This document shows positions 40,856 through 50,404 of a stretch of 64,000 bases of DNA, piece by piece (the first letter of the stretch is position 1; every line of letters begins with the position of its first letter). The DNA lies in contig CAWCRS010000003.1 in the NCBI GenBank assembly GCA_963798085.1, positions 1 through 64,000 of the forward strand, in the 5' to 3' direction. The notes below the pieces were generated by a model. The model worked only from the letters and a program-made list of their open reading frames with translations, had not been told where the DNA came from and did no database searches. Source of the stretch: an uncultured Gemmatimonadales bacterium. Lineage in GTDB: Bacteria > Gemmatimonadota > Gemmatimonadetes > Longimicrobiales > RSA9. Both the position numbers and the translations under genes were made by a program.

Positions 40856-41002
40856 GCCGCACACACTTGACGAAGCCGCAACCCCGGCCCTAGATGAGGC
40901 GGAGCCACACAAGGGTACGCGGTTCCTGCTGCTGACATCCGTTGCGCGCGTGTGCCGGCCGCTGCCGCCGGCTCTGCCGACTCCATCCATGGAGACATCG
41001 AG

Positions 41003-42451
41003 ATGGCGCGACCCACCGGGTTTGCGGGCGACGACTCGAGTCCGGGCTCTCGTCCCGATACCGGGCCGGCATCGCCAGTGTCGGATGACGCGGCGCTGGA
41101 CCGGCGCGATTTCCTGAAGCGCGCCACCGTCCAAACAGGTCTGTTAGCCGCCGGCGCGGTGCCCGTCGCGCGCTCCCATCCTTCCCCCTGGTTCCCGGCC
41201 CGTCGCGCGGAAGCCTCGCCCGAAATCGTGGTGATCGGCGCGGGCGCGTTCGGCGGCTGGACGTCGCTGCACCTGCAGCGGCTGGGCGCGAAGGTGACAA
41301 TGGTGGATGCGTGGGGGCCGGGGAATTCGCGCGCGACCTCGGGCGATGAATCGCGTGGCGTGCGCTCTTCCTATGGCGATCGGCCGCACGGCCTGCTCTG
41401 GGGCAGATGGGCGAGAGAAGCGATCCGCCGCTGGAAAGGCTGGGACGAGGAATGGGGCAAGCCGCTGCGCATGCGCCTGTTCCACCAGACCGGCGACATC
41501 ATCATGCGCTCCAGCTGGGAATCGTTCCTGACGGAAACGCGCAAGAACTGGGACCAGTTGGGCACACCCTACGAAGTGCTGACACCCGATGAAGTGAAGT
41601 ACCGCTGGTCCGCGATCGATGTGAAAGGCATGACCGTGGTGCTGCACGAGCCGGAGGCCGGGGTCGTGCGCGCGCGCCGTGGATGCGAAGCGGTGGCCGA
41701 GGTGTTCCGTCAGGGCGGCGGCGATATCCGGATTGCGTGGGCCAATCCCGGTTCCAATGCGAAAGGCAAGCTGAACGACATCACCATGCGGCCGGGCACG
41801 CCGCTGGTTGCCGACCAGTTCGTGTTCGCGCTCGGACCGTGGCTGGGCAAGATGTTCCCCGAGCCGATGGGCAAGCGGCTGCGCACACCGATGGGCTGTG
41901 TCTTCTACTTCGGCACACCGCCCGGCGACCCGCGTTTCACGTATCCTGACATGCCCAGCTGGAATATCCCCGGCGTGACGGGCTGGCCGGCACTGCCGGT
42001 CGATAATCGCGGTTTTCGCGTGCGCACCGGCGGCGGGCGGGGCACGGATCCCGACACCAGTGAGCGCTGGGTGGATCAGACACTGTTCCCGCGCGCGCGG
42101 CAGGTGCTGGCCGACCGCTTTCCCGACATGGCCGGCGCGCCGCTCGTGGCGACGCACTCCTGCCACTACGAATCGAGCCCGTCGCGCAACTTCATCGTCG
42201 ATCATCACCCGGCGTGGAGCAACGTCTGGATCGCGGGCGCCGGCAATGCCGAGGGCTACAAGTTCGGTCCCGTCGTGGGCGAGTACGTGGCGCGTCGCGT
42301 GCTCGGTCTGGAGAACGATCCGGAGCTGATCCAGGCGTTCCGCATTCCCGAGGAAACATTCGACGATCAGGCCGCGAATCGCGCCACAACACGCCGTTCG
42401 AGTGGCGGGCCCGAACCGTACCAGGAGCCGCAGGGCGAAGACAGCTGGTGA
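41003..42451 (+). CDS. Tat-exported FAD-dependent oxidoreductase (monomeric sarcosine oxidase-like)
   Basis: DRRDFLK Tat motif; IGAGAFG, TSGDESR, SCHYE, FIVDHHP, GYKFGPVVGE; start uncertain. Confidence 0.85.
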   Translation: MARPTGFAGDDSSPGSRPDTGPASPVSDDAALDRRDFLKRATVQTGLLAAGAVPVARSHPSPWFPARRAEASPEIVVIGAGAFGGWTSLHLQRLGAKVTMVDAWGPGNSRATSGDESRGVRSSYGDRPHGLLWGRWAREAIRRWKGWDEEWGKPLRMRLFHQTGDIIMRSSWESFLTETRKNWDQLGTPYEVLTPDEVKYRWSAIDVKGMTVVLHEPEAGVVRARRGCEAVAEVFRQGGGDIRIAWANPGSNAKGKLNDITMRPGTPLVADQFVFALGPWLGKMFPEPMGKRLRTPMGCVFYFGTPPGDPRFTYPDMPSWNIPGVTGWPALPVDNRGFRVRTGGGRGTDPDTSERWVDQTLFPRARQVLADRFPDMAGAPLVATHSCHYESSPSRNFIVDHHPAWSNVWIAGAGNAEGYKFGPVVGEYVARRVLGLENDPELIQAFRIPEETFDDQAANRATTRRSSGGPEPYQEPQGEDSW

Positions 42452-42464
42452 GCGGGGAAGGCCT

Positions 42465-43691
42465 TCAGGCAGGCGCCGCGGCGAGGCGCAGGCGGATGGT
42501 CGTGCCGTCAGGCGACGGCTCTGCTTCGAGGCAGCTTCTCTGCAGCTCCGCGATGCCGCGCGCGATGGCCAGCTGCAGGAAGGTCTCGGGATCACCCGCG
42601 TCCGCAGGCATCTCCCAGAAATAGTCGAAGAGCGCGTGTCCGCGTGTGTCGGGCGGCGCACCGGCATCACGCACACTGACCACCACCTGGTCGCCTTCTA
42701 ACGCCGCGGTTAGCTGAACCTGGCCGAAGGGCCGGGTCACGGCAATGGCGCGCGCCAGCAGGATGGACAGCAACTGAATGGTGCGCTGCCGGTCCACCTG
42801 CACCAGCGGCAGTGTGGCGTCGCTCGTGACCGAGAGGGCGACACTGCGGGCCTCGGCCGCCGTCGCGTTGAGGCGCCACGCTTCCGCCAGCAGCGGGGCA
42901 GCTTCGCAGGCGGCCATGCGCACCTCGAGACGCTGCTGCGCAATGCGTCGCAGATCGCGCACCCATTCGATGAGCCGCTCGACTTCGGTAACAGCCTGTC
43001 CCACATGGCCGACGTATTCCCAGGCTTCATCGGGCAGCGGCTCACCGCGTGGCTGCCGTCCCAGCATCCATGCAGCGAGGCGTATGGCCGTGAGCGGACT
43101 GCCCACACCGTGCGCCAGGACGGAAAGCAGCTGGTCGCGATGGCTCACCGCGCGGAGTGCGGCCTGACAGGCGAAGGCGTTGCGCAGCGCGACCGCGCCG
43201 CATTGCGCGAGCGACTTCGCCTGATCCTGCATGGCCTGCGTCAACCGCTCGGCGGCGAGCACGTGGAAGCCGAGCGCGTGCACGGCGCTCTGACCGGTGT
43301 GCATGGGAAGGAGCAGTGCCGCGCCCGGCGGCAGCGCCTGCCACAGCGCCGCGTCCCACACCCCGCGCGCCGGGTCCGGCTGCGGCGCATGCGTATCGGC
43401 GAACCATTGGGCGGGGGCTGCGTCGAGCGCGGCGCGCAGTGCCTGCGTCGAGGCCGCATCGAGCCGGGGCGCCAGCGCGCCGGCCCGCGTGAGGATGGCG
43501 TCGCTGGCTGCGCGCAGCACCATGCGAACCGCGCTGTTCGCAGAGCCCAGCTCGTACACGACACTGCAGTCCGCACCCACGCGCAGCGCTGTTTCCGCGA
43601 TGGCAACGTACACCTGCGGCGGATCGAGTGATGCGAAGACGGGTGCGAATGCGGCCGGCGACAGCGCCTCGGTCAGGGCAGTGGTGGCCAT
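42465..43691 (-). CDS. GAF + HisKA + HATPase sensor kinase-like protein with degenerate ATP-binding boxes
   Basis: LAHGVGSPLTAI H-box; D..RTIQLLSILLARA; VRDAG; LFDYFW; LAIARGIAE. Confidence 0.7.
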   Translation of the reverse strand: MATTALTEALSPAAFAPVFASLDPPQVYVAIAETALRVGADCSVVYELGSANSAVRMVLRAASDAILTRAGALAPRLDAASTQALRAALDAAPAQWFADTHAPQPDPARGVWDAALWQALPPGAALLLPMHTGQSAVHALGFHVLAAERLTQAMQDQAKSLAQCGAVALRNAFACQAALRAVSHRDQLLSVLAHGVGSPLTAIRLAAWMLGRQPRGEPLPDEAWEYVGHVGQAVTEVERLIEWVRDLRRIAQQRLEVRMAACEAAPLLAEAWRLNATAAEARSVALSVTSDATLPLVQVDRQRTIQLLSILLARAIAVTRPFGQVQLTAALEGDQVVVSVRDAGAPPDTRGHALFDYFWEMPADAGDPETFLQLAIARGIAELQRSCLEAEPSPDGTTIRLRLAAAPA

Positions 43692-43952
43692 CGCAGCGCG
43701 GGGGTTGGCGTGTGCCGGGCGCCGATGCACATCGGGAATCGGGGGAGGCGACGACCTCCTGGTCGCGTTCTGCGCCGTTTGTTCGCGCGAACTGCGCTGT
43801 TCACACGGCCGGCCGCGGGCGCGACGCCCGTGGCTCGGAAATACCATGCGTCCGGAGGCGGCGCCAGTGGTGTGCCATGACTCGACGGGTGGTCACGAGC
43901 CACACGGCCGCGCACGCACCGGGGATTCCCCTACGGGGTGCGCGCCCGGCGT

Positions 43953-44696
43953 TCAGGCTGCGGTCAGGATTTCCGGCTCGCCGCTGCCGATCACGATGGT
44001 GTGCTCGAAATGCGCGGTCAGGCTGCCGTCCTCACTCAGGATGGTCCAGCCATCGTCGCCCTCACGCGTCCATTGCGTGCCGGCGCAGATGAGCGGTTCC
44101 AGCGCGATGACGAGTCCTTCGTTGAGGCGGCCGCGGGCGCGCGGCTCGTAGTAGTTGGGCACTGCAGGCGGCTCGTGGATCTTGCGGCCCACGCCGTGTC
44201 CGTTCAACTCGCGCAGGACCTTGAAGCCATACCGTCGCACTTCACGCTCGATGATGCCGCCGACCATGTTGAGCGCGACGCCCGCGCGTGCGGCGCCGGC
44301 ACCTTTCCAGAACGCGGCCTCGGCGCAGGCCTGCAGTGCGAGCGCCTGGCGTGATGCGGGCGGCACGATCACCGTGATGGCGGCATCGGCAACGTAGCCG
44401 TCGAGTTCCGCCGTCACGTCCAGTGTCACCAGGTCGCCGCCTTCGAGCACGCGCGCACCGGGAATGCCGTGCACGACTTCATCGTTCACGCTGATGCAGG
44501 TGCAGGCGGGAAAATCGTAGAACAGGCGGGGTGCGGAGCGCGCGCCGCTGACGGCCAGTGTCTGCTCCGCGATATCATCCAGTTCACCGGTGGTGACACC
44601 TGCGTGTACGGCAGCGCGCATGCGCTCGAGCGCGGCGTGCACCAGGCGTCCCACGCGACGCATCGCCTTGAAATCGGCTGCGGTTTCAATGGACAA
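43953..44696 (-). CDS. map: Type I methionine aminopeptidase
   Basis: TTG start with GAGG RBS; CISVNDEVVHGIP, LDVT..DGYVADAA, GHGVGRKIHEPP, ALEP, AHFEHT. Confidence 0.93.
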   Translation of the reverse strand: MSIETAADFKAMRRVGRLVHAALERMRAAVHAGVTTGELDDIAEQTLAVSGARSAPRLFYDFPACTCISVNDEVVHGIPGARVLEGGDLVTLDVTAELDGYVADAAITVIVPPASRQALALQACAEAAFWKGAGAARAGVALNMVGGIIEREVRRYGFKVLRELNGHGVGRKIHEPPAVPNYYEPRARGRLNEGLVIALEPLICAGTQWTREGDDGWTILSEDGSLTAHFEHTIVIGSGEPEILTAA

Positions 44697-44749
44697 GATG
44701 AACCTCGTGTTGCGGCTGCGGAGCCTGGATGCGAGCGGGTGGCCGGCGC

Positions 44750-45421
44750 TCAGCTGCCTGCGGCTTCCCACGGGCTGTGTCGCGCGCCATGCGCGTGGGC
44801 ACGGCGCAGCATGCCGCCCTGCAGCAACGCGACACCGCTCGATGCCACCCAGTAGAGACCGACCGCCGAAGCGAATTTCGCCATGACCAGGAACGTGACG
44901 ACCCCGGCGAGCACAGCCATCACGCGGGTAGCGACCGGCCCGGCCGTGGCCGGCGCCGCCAGCAGTGCCGCGCTGGTGAGCACGGACACGCCAATGGCGA
45001 GCCAGGCATCGGGACGGGCGAGATCGCCGATCCAGAGGAAGCGGCGCGCGCTGCCCAGTCCCTGGCGAACCACGCCATAGAAGGCGAGCACGATGGGCAG
45101 CTGGGCGAAACCGACGAGCAGGCTGCCCACATCGAGCGTGCGCAGGCCGCTCGCGCGCTGCAGCGCCTGCGTCTCGCGATACACCCGTACGGGGTCCTTC
45201 GGATACAGCTGCTGCAGCGCCTTCAGCTCGGGCTGGATGCGCTCGAGGATGCGGCGCTGCGCGACCGCGCGGCGCGCATAGCGGAGTGTTAGAGGCAGCA
45301 GCGCCAGGCGCAGCAGCAGCGAACAGGCCAGTATGGCGAGGCCAATGCTGCCGCCGCACACGTGCGAGACTCCGAACAGCAGTGCACGGAACAGCTCGAC
45401 GATACCTCCCCACACGTTCAT
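44750..45421 (-). CDS. yidC: Short YidC/Oxa1 family membrane insertase (no periplasmic P1 domain)
   Basis: GLAILACSLLLRLALLPL, IQPELKALQ, QLPIVLAFY, FLWIGDLARPD, GLYWVAS. Confidence 0.8.
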   Translation of the reverse strand: MNVWGGIVELFRALLFGVSHVCGGSIGLAILACSLLLRLALLPLTLRYARRAVAQRRILERIQPELKALQQLYPKDPVRVYRETQALQRASGLRTLDVGSLLVGFAQLPIVLAFYGVVRQGLGSARRFLWIGDLARPDAWLAIGVSVLTSAALLAAPATAGPVATRVMAVLAGVVTFLVMAKFASAVGLYWVASSGVALLQGGMLRRAHAHGARHSPWEAAGS

Positions 45422-45531
45422 GGCTGCGATCCTCCGCGACGGGAAATGCCCGGCCCTGACCTTCCGGAAGTTACCAGTGCCGGGCAGTGCATCCAACCCG
45501 CCGGGGCCGGTCCGGCGGGTCTCACGACAAG

Positions 45532-46329
45532 TCAGGCCGCGCGCGGGTCGCCCGGCAGGAAGGTGCCGGTCACGGCGCGGAACGCGTCCGACGTCTTGTC
45601 GCCGGGCACACCGTCGACCTTTACGAAGATGCCGGGGAAGGTATTCAGCCAGCGCTGCAGTGCTTCCGCGCGGGCGACCTCGACCGGATCGGTGGATTTG
45701 CGGTTGGCATGCCTGAGCAGCGCGGCCGCGGGCGGCTGCTGGTCGGGGAAGTCGATGACATTGTGTTCGGCAAAGCGCCGCAGCAGCACCGCCGCGCCGC
45801 ACTGGCGCGATACGGCCGTGTCCGAGAACGTCCCGTCGGCCACGAACTTGCCGCTGCGGTAGTGGTTGGAAAAACACCAGAGATAGGGCGAAAGCACTTC
45901 CGGATGGCGCGTGCGATAGCCGAATCCGTTGTAGCGCTCGATCTGGTAGAGCATGCCCGGTAACGTCCAGTCAGTGCCGGCCGAGAGTTTCTGCACACCG
46001 AGCGCATCGGCCGCGCTCTCCTCCCACGTGAACGGCGGATTTCCGCCCGGCGGCCGGCCCGCGGGCACGTGCACTGTCCTTGCCGTGAGCGGGTCGCCGT
46101 TGTGCAGATGGGAGCGGAAGTTCTGGCTCGATTCCATGTTGTGGATCACCGCCACGAACTGCCAGGGCACACCCGCCAGTCCGCCGGCAGCCTCATAGCG
46201 CGCGCGGTTCTTGAGCAGCGCACTGACCAGCTGTTCCACTTCGGCCGCGCGCTCCGGGCGCACGTCGCAGCTGTTGAAGAGCGTCTCATACTCGAGGCGC
46301 AGCGCGTTTGTCAGCGAGACGGATGCCAT
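45532..46329 (-). CDS. Lysozyme-like putative peptidoglycan hydrolase with C-terminal peptidoglycan-binding domain
   Basis: VPWQFVAVIHNMES, HLHNGDPL, FTWEESAADAL, ERYNGFGY, SPYLW, GKFVADG; LQRWLN..VDGVPGDKT. Confidence 0.8.
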   Translation of the reverse strand: MASVSLTNALRLEYETLFNSCDVRPERAAEVEQLVSALLKNRARYEAAGGLAGVPWQFVAVIHNMESSQNFRSHLHNGDPLTARTVHVPAGRPPGGNPPFTWEESAADALGVQKLSAGTDWTLPGMLYQIERYNGFGYRTRHPEVLSPYLWCFSNHYRSGKFVADGTFSDTAVSRQCGAAVLLRRFAEHNVIDFPDQQPPAAALLRHANRKSTDPVEVARAEALQRWLNTFPGIFVKVDGVPGDKTSDAFRAVTGTFLPGDPRAA

Positions 46330-46700
46330 CAGCGACGCTCTCCCCGCAGCGTGCGCGCGCGCACGATGCCGCCCGCAATGGCGCAGGGCGCCATGAGGCT
46401 GAACGCCGCGAGCTGCGACCAGACTGCCGTGTCAGGTGCGCGGAAGACCAGCGAAATCGCTGCGCCTGCCGCAATGATGAGACCGACGAGCATGGCGGCC
46501 AGCGCATCGGTACGCCGCGCGATGGCGGATGCGATGTAGCCGCCCGCCACAGCGAATGCCATGCCGTACAGAATGCTGCCGAAGACGAAGGCGGGCGTTG
46601 CGCCGGCGTGCGGCGCCGCGCCGGTCGTCTGAAACAGTGCCACGGCACTGCCCGCGAACAGCAGATACCCGAAAACCACGCCTGCTGCGAACCTGAGCAC
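46329..46700 (-). CDS. Small membrane protein (about 4 TM)
   Basis: Hydrophobic; stop overlaps the lysozyme-like gene start (TGATG); start uncertain. Confidence 0.65.
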   Translation of the reverse strand: MLRFAAGVVFGYLLFAGSAVALFQTTGAAPHAGATPAFVFGSILYGMAFAVAGGYIASAIARRTDALAAMLVGLIIAAGAAISLVFRAPDTAVWSQLAAFSLMAPCAIAGGIVRARTLRGERR

Positions 46701-46787
46701 TCTCGACCCCCTGGCCACGCCTGCGAAATCGCAGCGCTCGCCGAATCTACTGTCCGGTGTCCCGGGTCCACTAGGCACCCGCACCGC

Positions 46788-47069
46788 TCAGGGAATGAAA
46801 ATGAACCGATAGACCAGCAGCACCAGCACGGTGAGCGCCGCAACCAGCAAAACGCCGCGAAAGCGGCCCAGGAAGAAGAGGCTCACGCCCAGCCACGCGA
46901 ACACGGCGCCGATCAGGCTGCCGGCCACCCATCGTTCCAGCAATCCGGCGGGCAGCGCGACGCCACGCACGTGCTCGAGCCGGAACACCTCCGCGAGTGA
47001 GCGCACGACCGCCATGAACTGGGCGGTGATGCCCAGCATGGCCCACTGGCGCGCGGACAGCCGCCTCAT
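46788..47069 (-). CDS. Small membrane protein (about 3 TM)
   Basis: 93 aa, hydrophobic, co-oriented with neighbours. Confidence 0.55.
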   Translation of the reverse strand: MRRLSARQWAMLGITAQFMAVVRSLAEVFRLEHVRGVALPAGLLERWVAGSLIGAVFAWLGVSLFFLGRFRGVLLVAALTVLVLLVYRFIFIP

Positions 47070-47126
47070 CGAATTGCGCCATGCAATGCGGCGTTTACGC
47101 TGCGCACCAGGACCTGTACGGCGATC

Positions 47127-47786
47127 TCAGGGAGCGGGCTCCTGCACCGTGCGGTGTGCATCCGCCCACCACGCCCAGAGCGGTACCAGCCAGCCGGTCA
47201 GCGCAAAGTACGCGAGGGCGCGCTCGCTGGGCGGCGGCGCCGCGTAGATCGACGTCGTGTACAGGAAGCCGAGCGCGACCATGAGGCTCCAGAAGGCCCA
47301 GCGACCAATGCGGTCGCGCGCGCGCGTCGTGCGCAGATAGATCCACAGTCCCGCAAGGCTGATCACGCTCTCCACGACGAGCGTGCCGGGCACGCTGTTC
47401 CAGAGCGCGAGGCCCACGCGCGGGCCGCCCGGGTAGAGCGGCAGGTCCGGCTGGTGCACGATGAAGTCGAGCACCCAGTGGCTGAACACGAGGATGGCCA
47501 CCACGACGGCGCCGCGCCGATTGTGCGTAACCCCCTGATACAAAGCGCCGAAGGCGAGGGACCACGCGAGTGCGCCCACCAGGCTGTGGGTAATGGGGTA
47601 GCTGGTGAAAACCACACCGCCAAACCCTGTGTTAGACGACAGCACGGTGGCGTGCTCCCAGCCCAGCAGCAGGAAGCTGGGCCAGAGCAGGTCGGCCAGC
47701 TGGGTCGCGGCAAACAGCGCACCCAGCGACGTGCGCGGCGAGGCTCGCTTCGCCGCCAGGGCAACACCGAAATGCCCGATGAACAT
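47127..47786 (-). CDS. Membrane-bound metal-dependent hydrolase (YdjM-like)
   Basis: MFIGHF, QLADLLW, YPITHSL, SHWVLDFIVH.PDLP. Confidence 0.8.
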   Translation of the reverse strand: MFIGHFGVALAAKRASPRTSLGALFAATQLADLLWPSFLLLGWEHATVLSSNTGFGGVVFTSYPITHSLVGALAWSLAFGALYQGVTHNRRGAVVVAILVFSHWVLDFIVHQPDLPLYPGGPRVGLALWNSVPGTLVVESVISLAGLWIYLRTTRARDRIGRWAFWSLMVALGFLYTTSIYAAPPPSERALAYFALTGWLVPLWAWWADAHRTVQEPAP

Positions 47787-47804
47787 GGCGCCTCGATCCG
47801 TTTC

Positions 47805-48614
47805 TCAATTTGCGTCGTGTGACAGCAGCTCGAATACGAGGAAATACGGCAATCGCGTGCAATGCGCGAGTGCGGGCTGCTCGCGCACCACCTGTGCGGC
47901 GGGCTTTGGCTCGTGGATGCGACGGATCAGAAAGCCGGCATCGGCGCTGGCCGCCGTCCACTCTTCCAGCGTGCGCCGCCAGTACGGCGAGCTCCAGCGG
48001 TAGCGCAGGCGAGGCATGTTCCATTCGCACACGGCGGGTCCGGTGTCGAAATAGCGGTCCGCGAAAAAGCGCTGCTTGTGGCCGAGTGCGTCGCGTTCCC
48101 AGCCGTGCACGGGCGCGTCGGTGTACGGGTGCGGCACGGAGAACGCCATACGTCCCCCGCGACGCAGCACGCGGTGGGCCGCGCGCAGGCAGCCCTCGCC
48201 GTCGGCCATGTCCTGGAGCGCGAGGCAGGCGGTGACGAGGTCGAAGCTCGCGGGATCGAACTCGCCATCCACGCGCGAGGCGCTCAGCACGCGGTACTCG
48301 ATGCCCAGCGGTGCGCGCTGCTCTTCCTGGCGCGCGCAGGCGACGAGCTTGGGGCTGAGATCCACGCCCGTGACGTGCGCGCCCCGGCGGGCCAGCTCGC
48401 GCGCGAAGTAGCCTTCGCCGCAGCCCAGGTCCAGCACGCGCTCGCCCGGCTGCACGCGCGTCGCATCCAGCAGTGCGGGTCCGTGCAGCAGGCGGCGGAA
48501 GTAGTCGTCGCCATCGCGCACGAACGTCTGCCACGCGTCCGCGGCGAAGTCCCACGCGGTGCGGGCGTCCTCATCGGTGAAGCGCTCCTCCGCCATCCGG
48601 GCCTCCGGTCCCAT
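47805..48614 (-). CDS. Class I SAM-dependent methyltransferase
   Basis: VLDLGCGEG, GVDLS, FDLV, RVLRRGG..FSVPHP. Confidence 0.9.
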   Translation of the reverse strand: MGPEARMAEERFTDEDARTAWDFAADAWQTFVRDGDDYFRRLLHGPALLDATRVQPGERVLDLGCGEGYFARELARRGAHVTGVDLSPKLVACARQEEQRAPLGIEYRVLSASRVDGEFDPASFDLVTACLALQDMADGEGCLRAAHRVLRRGGRMAFSVPHPYTDAPVHGWERDALGHKQRFFADRYFDTGPAVCEWNMPRLRYRWSSPYWRRTLEEWTAASADAGFLIRRIHEPKPAAQVVREQPALAHCTRLPYFLVFELLSHDAN

Positions 48615-48783
48615 GGTGCGCGCGGGCTGCTGCGGGGATGGTGCGATCTCTAACTATATGTTACACGGGTCCTGCGCTCGAGGTCGAGGGTGCGGATGCG
48701 GGTGCGGCGGTGGTGGCAAGCGGGGCGGGTCGAGTGACGCGGCGTCGCAGAGGGGTGCGACGCCGCGGTTACGGCTATGCCTG

Positions 48784-50064
48784 TCAGCCGACGCTGAGCA
48801 GGCGTTCCAGCTCTTCGGGTGAAAGCTCGGCTACCCGCCGGGTACCCAGGCGGTGGCCCGCGCGGTTCACTGTGACGCGCGCCGGTACGGGACGAAAAGC
48901 GTCGCCTGATTCTGATTCGTAATCGAAACCGGGCAGCGAAATGCGCGGCAGGCTGCGATCCAGCAGCCGTTCAATGTCCTTCATGACGCCCAGCTCGGCA
49001 GCCGAGAGGAAGGTCACGGCCGTGCCACTGGCGCCCGCCCGGCCGGTGCGGCCGATGCGATGAATGTAGTCTTCCGGGTTGCGCGGAACATCGAAGTTGA
49101 CGACATGGCTGATGCCTTCAATGTCGAGGCCGCGCTGCGCAATGTCGGTGGCGACCAGCACGCGGACCCGGCCATCGGCAAAGCTGTTGAGCGCGCGGGC
49201 GCGCTCCTTCATGTCGCGATCGCCGTGCATCACGGTGGTGTTGACGCCGGCATGCGCCAGGCGTTTGACCAGCAGATCAGCGCCCGCCTTGGTCGCGGTG
49301 AACACCAGCACCTGCTCCCAGTTCGTCTGCTCGAGCAGCTCGATGAGCAGCGCCACCTTGCGATCGGCGCGCACCGAGTACACCGTCTGCTCGACGTTGT
49401 CCGCTGTGGTTCCCCTGGGCGCCACGCTCAGCCATTCCGGATCCTTCATGATGCGCAGCGCCATGGCGTGCACACCGTTGGGCATGGTGGCGGAGTACAG
49501 CATCGTCTGCCGCTGGCGGGGCACGTGCTTGAGGATCTGCTCGATCTGTGGACGGAATCCCATGTCGAGCATGCGATCCGCTTCATCGAGCACGAGCATG
49601 TCGATCGTGGAAAGGTCGACATTGCCCTTGCGGACGTGGTCGAGCAGGCGACCGGGTGTGGCCACGAGCAGATCGAAGCCTGCGCGCAGGTCGCGGATCT
49701 GCGGGCCGAAGCGCACGCCGCCCACGATTTCGCCGATGAACAGGTGCGCCGGCTTGCTCAGCTCGCGGGCGTCGGCGGCAACCTGCTGCGCCAGCTCGCG
49801 TGTGGGGCAGAGCACGAGCGTGTGCAGCCCATCGCGGCCAATCTGCTTTTCCAGCGCAGGGATCAGGAACGACGCCGTCTTGCCGGTGCCGGTCTGCGCG
49901 ATGCCTACGACGTCCTTGCCGGCACGTGCCGGGGGAATGGCCAACTGCTGAATGGGAGTGGGATCGGTCCAGCCGAGCTGGCTGATGGCCTGCAACAGCT
50001 GGGGTGCGTCAGTGAGTTGATCGAATGTCAAAACGTCTCGTCCTGTGAACGGAGTACCGGTCAT
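48784..50064 (-). CDS. DEAD-box RNA helicase (RhlE-like)
   Basis: PTPIQ, AQTGTGKT, PTRELA, TPGRL, DEADR, SAT, HRIGRTGR; start 50064 or TTG at 50031. Confidence 0.95.
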   Translation of the reverse strand: MTGTPFTGRDVLTFDQLTDAPQLLQAISQLGWTDPTPIQQLAIPPARAGKDVVGIAQTGTGKTASFLIPALEKQIGRDGLHTLVLCPTRELAQQVAADARELSKPAHLFIGEIVGGVRFGPQIRDLRAGFDLLVATPGRLLDHVRKGNVDLSTIDMLVLDEADRMLDMGFRPQIEQILKHVPRQRQTMLYSATMPNGVHAMALRIMKDPEWLSVAPRGTTADNVEQTVYSVRADRKVALLIELLEQTNWEQVLVFTATKAGADLLVKRLAHAGVNTTVMHGDRDMKERARALNSFADGRVRVLVATDIAQRGLDIEGISHVVNFDVPRNPEDYIHRIGRTGRAGASGTAVTFLSAAELGVMKDIERLLDRSLPRISLPGFDYESESGDAFRPVPARVTVNRAGHRLGTRRVAELSPEELERLLSVG

Positions 50065-50162
50065 GCATGCCGGTGCGTCCAGTATCGGATGCCAACCGCC
50101 CAGGACGTCAATCCCGGTCCCGGGTCGGACCGGCGGAAGTGTCAATGTGACCGGTAAGAATG

Positions 50163-50198
50163 AAAAAGGCCGGTCACGCCGATCGGGCGAACCGACCT
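50163..50198 (-). terminator. Intrinsic terminator-like hairpin with U-tract and no upstream gene on this strand
   Basis: Minus strand AGGTCGGTTCGCC-CGATC-GGCGTGACCGGCCT-TTTT. Confidence 0.55.
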
Positions 50199-50278
50199 CG
50201 AACTTCCATCGGACAATCTAGCGGCACAGTCGCTGCCGTCAACCTTTCACCACTCACCGCAGCACTAACCGCGGAGAT

Positions 50279-50404
50279 CGCTGAGGGCGCAGAGGATGGC
50301 GCGGAGTCTTTCCTGTTGCAACGGATTGGAGAGCGCTGGGGGCGCGGAGAACGGCGCGAGAGTCTTTTTGTTTCAACGGATTAGGAAGCGCAGAGGGCGC
50401 GAAG
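50279..50404. repeat. 55-bp imperfect tandem repeat (two units plus a partial third)
   Basis: Units start at 50279, 50334 and 50389: cgctgrgggcgcrgag..ggcgcg..agtcttt..tgtt.caacggatt. Confidence 0.8.

Noticed and set aside
45532..46329. Prophage
   Set aside because: No integrase, structural or replication genes; the flanks are ordinary host genes.
48679..48720. Further copy of the G-rich hexamer element
   Set aside because: Hexamer-like gggtgc/ggatgc run lacks the CGTT...AAC boundaries.
50279..50404. CRISPR array
   Set aside because: The units are contiguous with no unique spacers, there are only about two copies, and no cas genes are seen.
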